NCBI RefSeq assembly: GCF_001194135.2
Contig: NC_068990.1
Span: 89,360,056-89,424,055, forward strand
From: Octopus bimaculoides
Lineage: Eukaryota
DNA: 64,000 nt
Direction of reading: 5' to 3'
The notes below the pieces were generated by a model. It did not search any database. It saw only the letters and a list, made by a program, of their open reading frames with translations, and was not told where the DNA came from. Positions 1-14,525 of this stretch are shown here, one piece after another (within the stretch, counting starts at the first letter, position 1; the number at the start of each line of letters is the position of its first letter). The position numbers and the translations under genes are program-made.

Positions 1-95
1 GAGAAAGACAAGGAATTTTCCACGACCGTCACCTTGTACACGCCGAAGTTCAGCTCTCCCGGGGCGCCTGCAACCCTAGGGCCCGCCCTGAATGT

Positions 96-132
<37 letters not shown>

Positions 133-389
133 AAATAGAGGAGTAAATGAACGTTGGTTGGTGCATACGCATGTGTGTGTATTTTTGCCGAAACCTCAAT
201 TAAAATCTACCCTCTCTGTGACCTCTAATGTTATGTAAACAGAACAAAACAGTTTGGCTAATTCTGATAACACCGTTTAAGAGAAATTATATAAAAATGA
301 ACTGCTTAGCTTTTACCCATTTCAACTTCTTTTTCTCGATTGTGTACCCTAACATTATATATATATATACACACACATGCATACATACT

Positions 390-673
390 GCCCTAGTGAT
401 TTGGGTGTTGCACTCACGATCGCTAGATCGTGATTTCAATTCCTAGACCGGGTGGTGTATTGTGTTCCTGAGCAAAACACTTCACCTCACGTTGCTCTTA
501 TACTTCGACACCTGATGCGTGGTACACTGTTCACCTGTTCAGATAGCGTCGATTTGATGGTGAGAGCTAACGTGCGGCACGAACGTTCGATCACAAAACA
601 AATCCTTTGTGCAGGTCGTTCGGCGAAAGCTGAATGCTCATACGTCTTCGACGGAGGGTCCATCATCATCATC
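390..673 (+). mobile_element. tRNA-derived SINE
   Basis: tRNA-like head with B-box-like GATTTCAATTCC, core GTGTTCCTGAGCAAAACACTTCACCTCAC, (CAT)n tail. A homologous copy is inverted at about 55385-55550. Confidence 0.7.
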
Positions 674-719
674 ACACACACATATATATATATAGAGAAA
701 ACAAAGAATATTGGAAAAA

Positions 720-1372
720 TAGGTATTCTTTTGTTACAAATGAAAGAATACCGAAAAATAGAAGTTGAAAATGCACTGAGAATAGTTAAAATATTTTTTA
801 TTATTATATTTAAAGATTTAATCAGTTTAACAGTTTTCACTAATTTTCAAAAATTTCAAATAGAAACACGTGGCTTAATGTTGCTGCTGTTTTGCTTCTG
901 ACTAGTGTTTGAAGTAGAGTGGACAGGAGTCGTTTGTATGGCTAAAGTTTAGGTTGTTAGGCTTACACGGTTGACTGAACAAGTTGAGTGATAGTACCAT
1001 GTTCAGTCAACCGTGTAAGCCTTAGCTTACGACACTAAACATTGTCACTTGATACTAACACACTGACATAGTGGGGAACCTACGAAAATTTCTAAGACCA
1101 GTCATGTGACTATTCTCTACCAATCAAACCCTGTTCAAAACATATACTAGTTTGAGCCATGAACTCCCTTTAAAAATAGGACAAGCTTCAAACATTAGTC
1201 AGAAGTAAGACAACTGCAACATAAGCCACGTCTTTCTATTTGAACCTTTTTGAAAATCAGTGTTAACTGTTAAACTGATTAAATTTTTAAATAAAAAAAT
1301 ATTTTAACTATTCTCAGTGCATTTTCAACTTCTATTTTTGCTACATATATATATAACAAAACAAGAACCTGA
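720..1372. mobile_element. MITE-like element with about 190-bp terminal inverted repeats and an internal perfect hairpin
   Basis: About 720-917 is the reverse complement of about 1185-1372 (e.g. aaaaatagaagttgaaaatgcactgagaatagttaaaatattttt). Internal 23-bp perfect stem 959-981/1000-1022. Confidence 0.75.
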
Positions 1373-1991
1373 AAAATTTATTGGTATCATTTATTCACCA
1401 TTACACATGTTTCATTTGCTAATAGGAATTACAAAGATTTACATGTTAGATGGACATGTAAAGAGTTTCCTATCAGAAATTTTTCAGATGGAGTAATTAA
1501 ATAATACTGTTTGATTTAGAAGACAGAGACCTGGTAGTGGTGTTGTTGTTGAGACCCAGAAAACACTATTGGTAACAGCTAATGACCCCAGCTCACAACA
1601 TCTCGACTGCTGTGTATCTAGGTACAATTTACATGATGGGTTTCAATACAGTTTCCATCTATTGAGTTACACTTCCAAGCTATAGATTGACCTAAAGCTA
1701 TAGAAAATGACATTTGCCTTTAGATGCCATGCAGTCGAATTGAACCTGAGATCTTGTGGTTACAAAGTGAACTTCTTTACCATTTAACCATACTGTGGCT
1801 GTACTGTAGATACACTGTCTCTTTATAAAAGGCTACATGGTCACAACTTGACCGTCTTTGGTCATAGCTCTTCCCGGTTAGGACTGACTTGGTGTTAATC
1901 AACAACTTCTTTAACAACATTTAATTATCTCATTTTTTTTTTATATCCATTTGTGACTAACATGGTGATATTTTAGTGTTTTCTGTTTCAG

Positions 1992-6363
<4,372 letters not shown>

Positions 6364-7019
6364 TAATAACTATATTGATGGTTTATAACAAATGAAAAAC
6401 TTAATTTTTTTTACACAATTGTAACGACAGATTTGTTTATTTATTTATAAATATTTGTAAATACAGTTTTTTGTTTATTTTTAAAAAAAATATATTGAAC
6501 TGAATGTTTTTATTTCTTTGTTGCCTTTGCCACATTTCTATCAATAACACTTTGACTACTGTTGCCATGACCATTATTTTCTCCATCAGGCATAGGCATG
6601 ACTGTGAGGTCCAAAAGTTTGGTTCCTAACCCCATGCATTCTGGTTCAGTTCCATTGCACAGCGCTTTGGGTAAATGACTTCTGCTGTAACCCTGGGCTG
6701 ACCTAAGCTTTGTGAGTAGATTTGGTAGAACGGAAACTAAAAGCTCAATGAATATACACACACACGAGTTGGCAAACAAAGAAAAGTAGCACTCAACACA
6801 TAGCTGGAGTTCTATTTATTAACTTGAAAATTCCATCCTACCTGTGCAAGCATGGAAAAGTGAACCTTAAGATGACGATGATGATGGTGATTATCTATAC
6901 TTAGTAACAGGTTAACTTAGCCTCTTGTGTTGCTTAAAGTTTCATGGTCATGTTTTTTTCATCTCATTATAAACTTTAAGTAACATGAGGAGCTAAATCA
7001 ACCTGTTATATATCATCTT

Positions 7020-7255
7020 CATCATCACCGACAGTCAAATGGGATCATATCAGGAAAATAGGGAGATTGATCAACCAGTTCAAAGTCACAATCACATACA
7101 GCAATCATTGAATCCAAGGACTCATGTGTAGGAGCATTTTCCAGATGAAATGAAACCCCTTTTGTCAGTTTTCCTGGGCATTTGGTCTTGATAGCCTTTT
7201 GTAATTGCCTTAGCAAATTGACATAATACTCTCTATTAATGGTGTGGCCCTTTTC
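7020..7255 (-). mobile_element. Mariner transposase remnant
   Basis: [46 protein letters not shown] is a decayed form of the mariner HQDNAP..H / [12 protein letters not shown] motifs. Confidence 0.8.
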
Positions 7256-7415
7256 CCCACAGAATAGCTTTTGACATTAATATGGTTGCTCTTCTGTATG
7301 AATGCACATGTGTAGTGAATTGACTTCTTTTAGAAAATAACTGACAAACATCACATTGTTGTGGTTTCTCCTTTCAGAATGCATTTGATGTCCAAAGAAT
7401 GTTTTAGCAGAGACA

Positions 7416-8690
7416 TTAGTGAGAAGATTTCTGTCTTGTACGAATGCATTTGTGTTTATTTAACTGGCTTGACTGAGCAAATGATCTACTGCAGATATTA
7501 CAGTGAAATGGCTTCTCTCCTGTATGAATACGTATGTGTTTAATTAGGTGTTGATTTAGTGAGAATGATTTGCCACAGATATCACAGTGATACGGCTTCT
7601 CTCCAGTATGAATGCGTTTGTGTTTAGTTAAACCACTACTCCCTGATAATGTTTTACCACAGATATCACACTGATACGGCTTTTCTCCTGTATGAATGTA
7701 TCTGTGTTCAGTTAAATGATCATTTCGAGCGAATGACTCACTACAAATGTCACAGTGATACGGCTTCTCTCCTGTATGAATGCGTTTGTGTATAGTTAAG
7801 CTGCTTGATACCGTAAATGATTTACCACAGATATCACAGTGATATGGTTTCTCTCCTGTATGAGTCCGTTTATGTTCACTTAACTGATCACTCCGAGAGA
7901 CTGATTTACCACAGATATCACACTGATATGGGTATACTCCTGTATGAATACGTTTATGTATAGTTACTTGACCAACTTGAGAGAATGATCTGCCACAGAT
8001 ATCACAGTGATATGGCTTCAGTCCTGTATGAATATACTTGTGGGAAGTTAAGGTACTTCCATGAGAGAATGATTTGCCACAAATATCACAGTGATATGGC
8101 TTCTCTCCTGTATGAATACGTTTATGAATATTTAAGACACCTTTTTCAGAGAATGTTTTACCACAGATATCACAGTGATATGGTTTTTCTCCTGTATGAA
8201 TGCGTTTGTGTATAGCTAAACGAATACTTTGTGAGAATGATAAACCACAGATATCACAGTGATATGGTTTTTCTCCTGTATGAATACGTTTGTGAATAGT
8301 TAAGGTGCTTCCACAAGAGAATGATTTACCACAGACGTCACAGTGATATGGTTTCTCTCCTGTATGAACACGTTTGTGTTTGGTCAAGCTATCACTTCGA
8401 GAGAATGACTTACCACAGGTATCACAGTTGTGTGGTTTCCCAACTTTATGAGTACGTTTGTGTCGAGTTAAATAATTCATTTGAGAGTATGATTTGCTGC
8501 AAATGTCACAACGATATATTCTTTCTCCTACATGAATACATTTGTGAGTGGTGGGGTTACCTCTTTCAGAGAACGGTATTTTGCATATATCACAGTGGTA
8601 AGATGTTATTCCTATCTCTTTCAGCTTATCAGGAATATTTTTAGACTCTGTTTTAAGTTCAATTTGGTTCTCACACAATTCATTTTCCAT
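7416..8690 (-). CDS. C2H2 zinc-finger protein, 424 aa, 13 canonical fingers plus 1 degenerate finger, single coding exon
   Basis: First in-frame ATG at 8690 (MENELCENQ..); an in-frame TAG lies upstream at 8766-8768. Tandem [16 protein letters not shown] fingers with TGEKP linkers. Acceptor tttctctatttcag| at 9037 places the exon start at 9036. Confidence 0.95.
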   Translation of the reverse strand: MENELCENQIELKTESKNIPDKLKEIGITSYHCDICKIPFSERGNPTTHKCIHVGERIYRCDICSKSYSQMNYLTRHKRTHKVGKPHNCDTCGKSFSRSDSLTKHKRVHTGEKPYHCDVCGKSFSCGSTLTIHKRIHTGEKPYHCDICGLSFSQSIRLAIHKRIHTGEKPYHCDICGKTFSEKGVLNIHKRIHTGEKPYHCDICGKSFSHGSTLTSHKYIHTGLKPYHCDICGRSFSQVGQVTIHKRIHTGVYPYQCDICGKSVSRSDQLSEHKRTHTGEKPYHCDICGKSFTVSSSLTIHKRIHTGEKPYHCDICSESFARNDHLTEHRYIHTGEKPYQCDICGKTLSGSSGLTKHKRIHTGEKPYHCDICGKSFSLNQHLIKHIRIHTGEKPFHCNICSRSFAQSSQLNKHKCIRTRQKSSH

Positions 8691-11600
8691 AATTCTTCTG
8701 CTCTTATCACAATATTTAGAAGTTTTGGTTTTTTTATATTTTATTTCCAACAAATCATTCTTCTGCTATGATTCCATCTGGAATGCAGCAAATTCTTTTG
8801 TTTGGCAAAATATAATTAGAATGCAAAATCATCTTGCACATATTCCACACAGTGGAGTAGAGAAATTTTGCTATTAATCTCAATCCAAGAGAAATATTTC
8901 ACAATAATTCTACCATAGATTTATATAAATATGTTTATATTTGTTTTGTATAACATTTTCATTTGGTCTTTAACAAATGAGAATAAAGGATGCAGTTGAA
9001 GCAAAGAATTCTTTCATCTGAATGTCATTCAACAGTCTGAAATAGAGAAACATTATAAAATACAGAAAATACTTAGAAAAGTGGAAATTTTACATCTCTA
9101 AACTGATAAGATACCTTCACCAAACAACTGATTTATAACTAACTAAAAAATTACATCACACTTTTTTTTAGTTCCGTTTTCTATGCAGGCACAAGGGACT
9201 GGCAAGCCAGGAGGCTGCACCAGGCTCCAATCTGATCTGGCAATGTTTCTACAGTTGGATGCCCTTCCTAACACCAACCACTCTGAGAGTGTAGTGGGTG
9301 CTTCTTACATGCCACTGGCATGGGAGCTAGTCAAGCAGCACTAGCATCGGCCATGTTTGGATGATGCTTTTTACATGCTACCGGCACAGGAGCCAGTCGG
9401 GGCAGGGGAGCTGGAATTGACTGCCATCCGGAGTGGGGGTGGGGGCATCGACCAACCAACTTTGTGTAATGTCAACACATTTGTTGAATACAAGATATAC
9501 TTTCAGATCATGTTAATATCATTATATGTTAAACTCTAAAATATTGGATGATAACATTCTTTACTGTTGTTTAACTCCTTGTCAACTCTGACAGAAAAGA
9601 CTTATAATAAAAGAAGCCTTCCTGCCATGACCATCTTGTCTATCTCTGAGATATGGAATATCTAGACGTTAAGGTGTAATTCAAAGTAGATTTAGCTGCT
9701 ATTTCTTACAAGTCCAGTGACCATGTAGAAACTCCATCATTGGCTCATTCTTGTTTAGACCTAGGCTAGTCTCAGCTGAATAACCTTATGACCAAATGTC
9801 GGTTGTTTTCAAGGATGCTACAAATTTCTAAGAGATTAATCTAAAAGAACATTATATTGATGAATGACGAAAAAATGATTGAATGAATGAAGTAAAATAT
9901 TAAAAAAAGTACATTATATAAATCTCCTTCAGTGAATGACAACTGAATTTGTAAAAAATGACTCGATTTCTATCCTTCATTACCTCATAATTGTTGCAGC
10001 TCATTCACAATAATTTTATTGTAGGTGTATTTTATGAATATACATCAGATGTATAATTGATCAACTTTGATTAAGTGATTAGACATACGACATATGAAAG
10101 TGGAGGAGTCAATAAAATATGGTCTGTCGTAGCAAAAAATTACTGCAATATGTATCCAAATGTGTATATGTGAGCGTATACACACACACAGATAGATAGA
10201 TAGATAGAGCTGCTGTAACAGGTAAAAGACATACTTAAAGTTTGTAAGAGAGCATTATGAAGTCATAAGAAGGGAAACTAGACATCAGGTATAATTAGCT
10301 GCAGATTCTGCAACATGAGGATCTGAGACATCAGGTGTACAAGATTGCAACACTGTGTTAGAAAGAACTGAAATCACACAAGAGAAGTGCTATTATGAAA
10401 TGTGAAGAATGAATAGAACAAAGAAGGGCGACCTCAGTGCAGGAAAACATGGCACAAATGATAGTTCAGCATCTCATGTTCACTCTACAGATGGACTAGC
10501 AACTGTGCAGACTACAGGTCCATCAGAGATAGTTGCTTTATCTGAGATGTTTGAAGTATCTGGCATGGTAATACATGATAGTCACACCCAGTGACAAGCA
10601 TAGCAGTGTCACTGAAAACTGCTACGATTTGTAGGGTAGGTGTAAGGGGCCAGTTTGAACGTAAAACAGGTAGAACATTTGCACTGGATAAGGCCAGTTT
10701 AAATTTTGTTTGATAATGAAGATTCAGTTGTTCACTCAAGTGGAATACCTGCTCATTGAATTAGCATTGATGTGGTTGAATATTTCACAAGCCTTAATAT
10801 AATTCTCAGGTACAATCAATATGACAAGGCTGTACTGGTCCATCCACCAGGCTTCCACACAGTTTCTGTCTAACAAAGTTCGCTCACAAAGGTAAAAGAC
10901 ACTCTGTACAGAGGAGGGTGTGTGATCAAGAAGTTTGCTTTTCAACTATTTGGTTTCTGGTTCGATCCTATTACACTGCACAGTGGGCATCTATTATAGC
11001 CTCAGACCGACCAAAGCCTTCTGAATGCTTTTCGTAAATGGAAACTAAAGGAAGCCCGTCGTATACACACACATATATGCATATGTGTGTGGTTGTGTTT
11101 CTTTGTCTTAACATCGCATGATAGTTAACAAACGACATCGTTATACATGTAATGCGGCAACAGGAGGGACATCCAGCTATAGAAATTCTTCTTCAACGAA
11201 TGCCGTCCGACACATACGAACACAGAAAAGTGGACGTTAAAACAATGAAGTGCAGAAGATAAACATGTCGTGAGATCCAATCCGCAGTCTAGTGATTATG
11301 AAGAGAACTGCTTTATCATTCGGCCATGCTGCGTCATAAAATGATTTCAAATTTTAGCAGAAGTATAGCAATTTTGAGGGGAGCTTAATCGAAGCCTTCG
11401 ATCCCAATAATCGACAGATACTTTATTTTATCGACCCTGGAGGGAAAAATGGAAAAGTTGATCCCGACAGAATCTGAACTCAGAACGTAATGAATTCGGA
11501 ATATCGCTATGCATAAAATACTTAACAGAGAAAATATCAAACTGTTTTCCTTCCTTTTACATACACAAGGATATATTTGTTTCACATATTCAAAATGAAA

Positions 11601-11882
11601 TGAAATTTAATTTTGAAACGTGGGGTAATACTTGTATTTACATACGACAATATTTATACTCCACTGTCTAAACACTGAATGGAAATGTGATGAGGGGCAA
11701 CAACTACAAAAGGGCCTCCACGCCTTGGTTAAATCTGTTGGTAAAGTTTTACCATCTGTTTGAGTTATTTCGTAAAGCGAGCTTGAGAATATAATATTGT
11801 CTGACGAGCAAGAACTAAATATTTTTACCTACAGATGCTGACAGACTTTTATTTATTTTAAAATATATGTTATAAAACTTAC

Positions 11883-11985
11883 TTGTTCTAGCATAAAAGT
11901 GTTTAACGGTGAAACATGCTTCTATAAACATCAAATATTCGACTCTCAACACAAGATGGCAAAAGCGGAAACGGAAATAATGTAA
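11883..11985 (-). promoter_or_regulatory. Probable promoter / non-coding first exon of the C2H2 gene
   Basis: Minus strand reads TTTCCGTTTCCGC (two ETS-like TTCCG cores), then GCCATCTTG (YY1-like), then a consensus donor GAACAA|GTAAGT at 11883/11882. The TSS is inferred. Confidence 0.55.
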
Positions 11986-14525
11986 CTTCTCTAATAAATA
12001 AAACCACAAAACATGTCACGGGGGAGGGAGGGAGGACAAACGAAACAATAAAATAAATCTTGAAAAAAAAATCAATAAAATAATAAAATATACTACAATA
12101 ATATATTTTGATTTAGATCACCATGGTTACCATCTGGTGATAATAACCTAGTTTTCAAAAGTATCGTTACAGGTTATTTTAGGCTTGTTATATGTCTATC
12201 AACTACTTTTGTTATAGTGATGGTGACAGGTGTAGTGGGGATCAGATAGAGGTAGGGACGATGGTGGTGGTGATTATATTCCATCAACGCCTTGATGGTT
12301 TTTAATAAGCAGTCCGGCTATAAGGGTGTTGTACAGACCTAGGTTAACCCTGACGGAACAGGTGCCGGTGACGGTGGTCATCATGGCTGTAGACATTAAT
12401 GTTTGAAGATGTTGGTGGAGGTGATTGCGTTATCCCCTGTAGTCCTATTGCATGCAGATACTCGGACAAATGACGAGGCTGGACCCACTTGGTCCTCTTC
12501 GGGGAGGGGGGGGAACTGTTGTTACTCCTCGGCACTTAATGGTGGTGGCGTGGAACCCAACATGGGGTTGGAGACTTGTGAGGTTATTGATGTTGCTAAT
12601 ATTTCTGTTTGTATCAATTTTCTCCATATTGCAATACGCCTGTCTGGAGAATTGGTACCTACCGTCTGCACATTACAACACACTTTCATCACCTTTTTTT
12701 TTCAGATGCCAATATCAAGGTCACTATTCTGCATAAATTGGAATATATAATGTTCAGCTGACCTTTCATTTCATTTACATTGGATGGAAATTACATTATC
12801 ACATTTTACAAAACATATTCCATTCAGTTTCTTCGTCTAATTATCCTCCTCCTCCTCATCATCATCTTTTGGCGTTCACCTTCCATGCTGGTATGGGTTG
12901 GTTGGTTTAACAGGATCATATGGGTCCAACATCTGCATCATGCTCCAATGTCTGCTTTGGTATGGTTTCTAAGACTGGATGCCCTTCCGAACACTAAGCA
13001 TTTTACAGAACATACTAGGTGCTTTTTTTTTTGTGACCCCAGTACTACATGCATCTCACAAGAATTAGACCCCTTTCAACTGAGTGGGGCTACAGTAGAG
13101 GGAAGTAGCTTTATGCTAGGAGATGAGGGGTTAAAGTGTGAGAGAAGATGCCAAATCAGAAATGGTTTCTTTATAGTAAAGGAAGGAGTTACATGACTGC
13201 TGACATCATAGAAGGGTGGATGAGAGGTAATCAGGGTGGAGTTGGGAAGGGAGATAGAAAATTGTGATGAAGAGTTGTCAGGGAGAGCCCACAAGATGAA
13301 GTGAGTAGGGACAGAGGAACAGGAAGTGTGAGTGTATAAAGGTTGCAAGGGTGTATAGGGAGAGTGAGGGATGGTTGGAAATGGGTTGGGGTGAGGGTTT
13401 ATAATGACTTATAAACAAGGATCTAGGGGTAATAAATATACATCAGAGGGAGGGAAGGTAGGGAAATGTAGGTGATGACTAGAGATTTGCCAATTTGTTA
13501 TCATTCATCAATCAAGTTTCTCTGCCATTCAGTATCATTCTGTTTGTCCTTTACATAGCTGTCCCTAAATGTATTCCACTCCTTTATCCTTCTGACTTTG
13601 ATGTTTTTAACACAACTTGGCTGCAAATTAGCAGAAACATTAGAGCTTAAGACAAAATCATTTGCAAGATTTGTTCTGGCCCTTTGCACCCTGATTTCAT
13701 ATCCTGTTGCAGGTAACTTTGCTTTTCATCATTTGAAGATCAATCGTATTAGCTACCAATCTAGAGCAGTGAATCATTAGCAGAATATAGCATGAGACAA
13801 CACAGGTTGTAGTATTTGCTGTGGCTCTTTGTGTTCTGAATTCTTGGATGGTAGACTTAATCCATTGCCCCTGTTACTTGGTTGCCTTTAGTGAGGTTCA
13901 CTTTGTTACAAGTAGTCGGAGCAGGACTCTCAGTTTGAGGATTACTTTCTCTCTTCTAGTCATTGGTTGTAGAGAACCAGGATACAAAAAAATTGGGGCT
14001 TGGACACTGCCTTTCTCCATTAACAAAGTAGTTAAAAAATAAACACTTTTATCAATAATTAAATTGCCTTAGTAGGAGAAACTAATGATAACTTCTAGTG
14101 AGTATCTGACATAGTCTTCATTCTCTTAATTATAGCCTTTGATCTCATGATATCAGCCTTTGTACCTAGTTGAAAAAAACCCAACAACTTAAGGTCTACT
14201 GGAAATTATCTTTTTTATGAACATTTCTGGAATTTAATGTTTATGAAGAAAAAAGTGGTGACCTGGCACAAGTGCTAGCATGCTGGTCAAAGTGTTTAAT
14301 GGCACTTCATTTATCTTTACACTCTGAGTTCAAATTCAATCAAGGTTGACTTTGGCTTTCATCCTTTTGGGGTCAATAAAATAAGTATCAATTAAACACT
14401 GGGGTCAATATAATCAACTATTCCCTCCCCCAAAATTGTTGGCCTTGTGCCAAAATTTGAAACCAGTATTTATGGAAAAGACATAAATAAGAGCAAAACA
14501 GCAACAACAAAAATTCTACATGGTT

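Noticed and set aside
1-95. DNA-transposon terminus (cagggcgggccctagg.. on minus)
   Set aside because: Only one end is visible at the window edge, so it cannot be classified.
1-1991. First (transit-peptide) exon of FDX2
   Set aside because: No ATG-to-phase-1 donor segment outside repeats was convincing; it is probably upstream of the window.
8691-8753. ORF-track N-terminal extension of the zinc-finger protein (445 aa)
   Set aside because: It starts at TTG just after an in-frame TAG; the first ATG is at 8690.
7361-8771. Plus-strand ORFs of 60-107 aa over the zinc-finger gene
   Set aside because: These are antisense shadows of the repetitive finger array.
14095-14165. Possible further UBE2U-like exon (CTKADIMRSKAIIKRMKTMSDTH*)
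   Set aside because: The acceptor and phase fit a donor at 14549, but there is no recognisable UBE2U similarity and it abuts an old repeat. It is left as an unresolved alternative to the stop at 14526.
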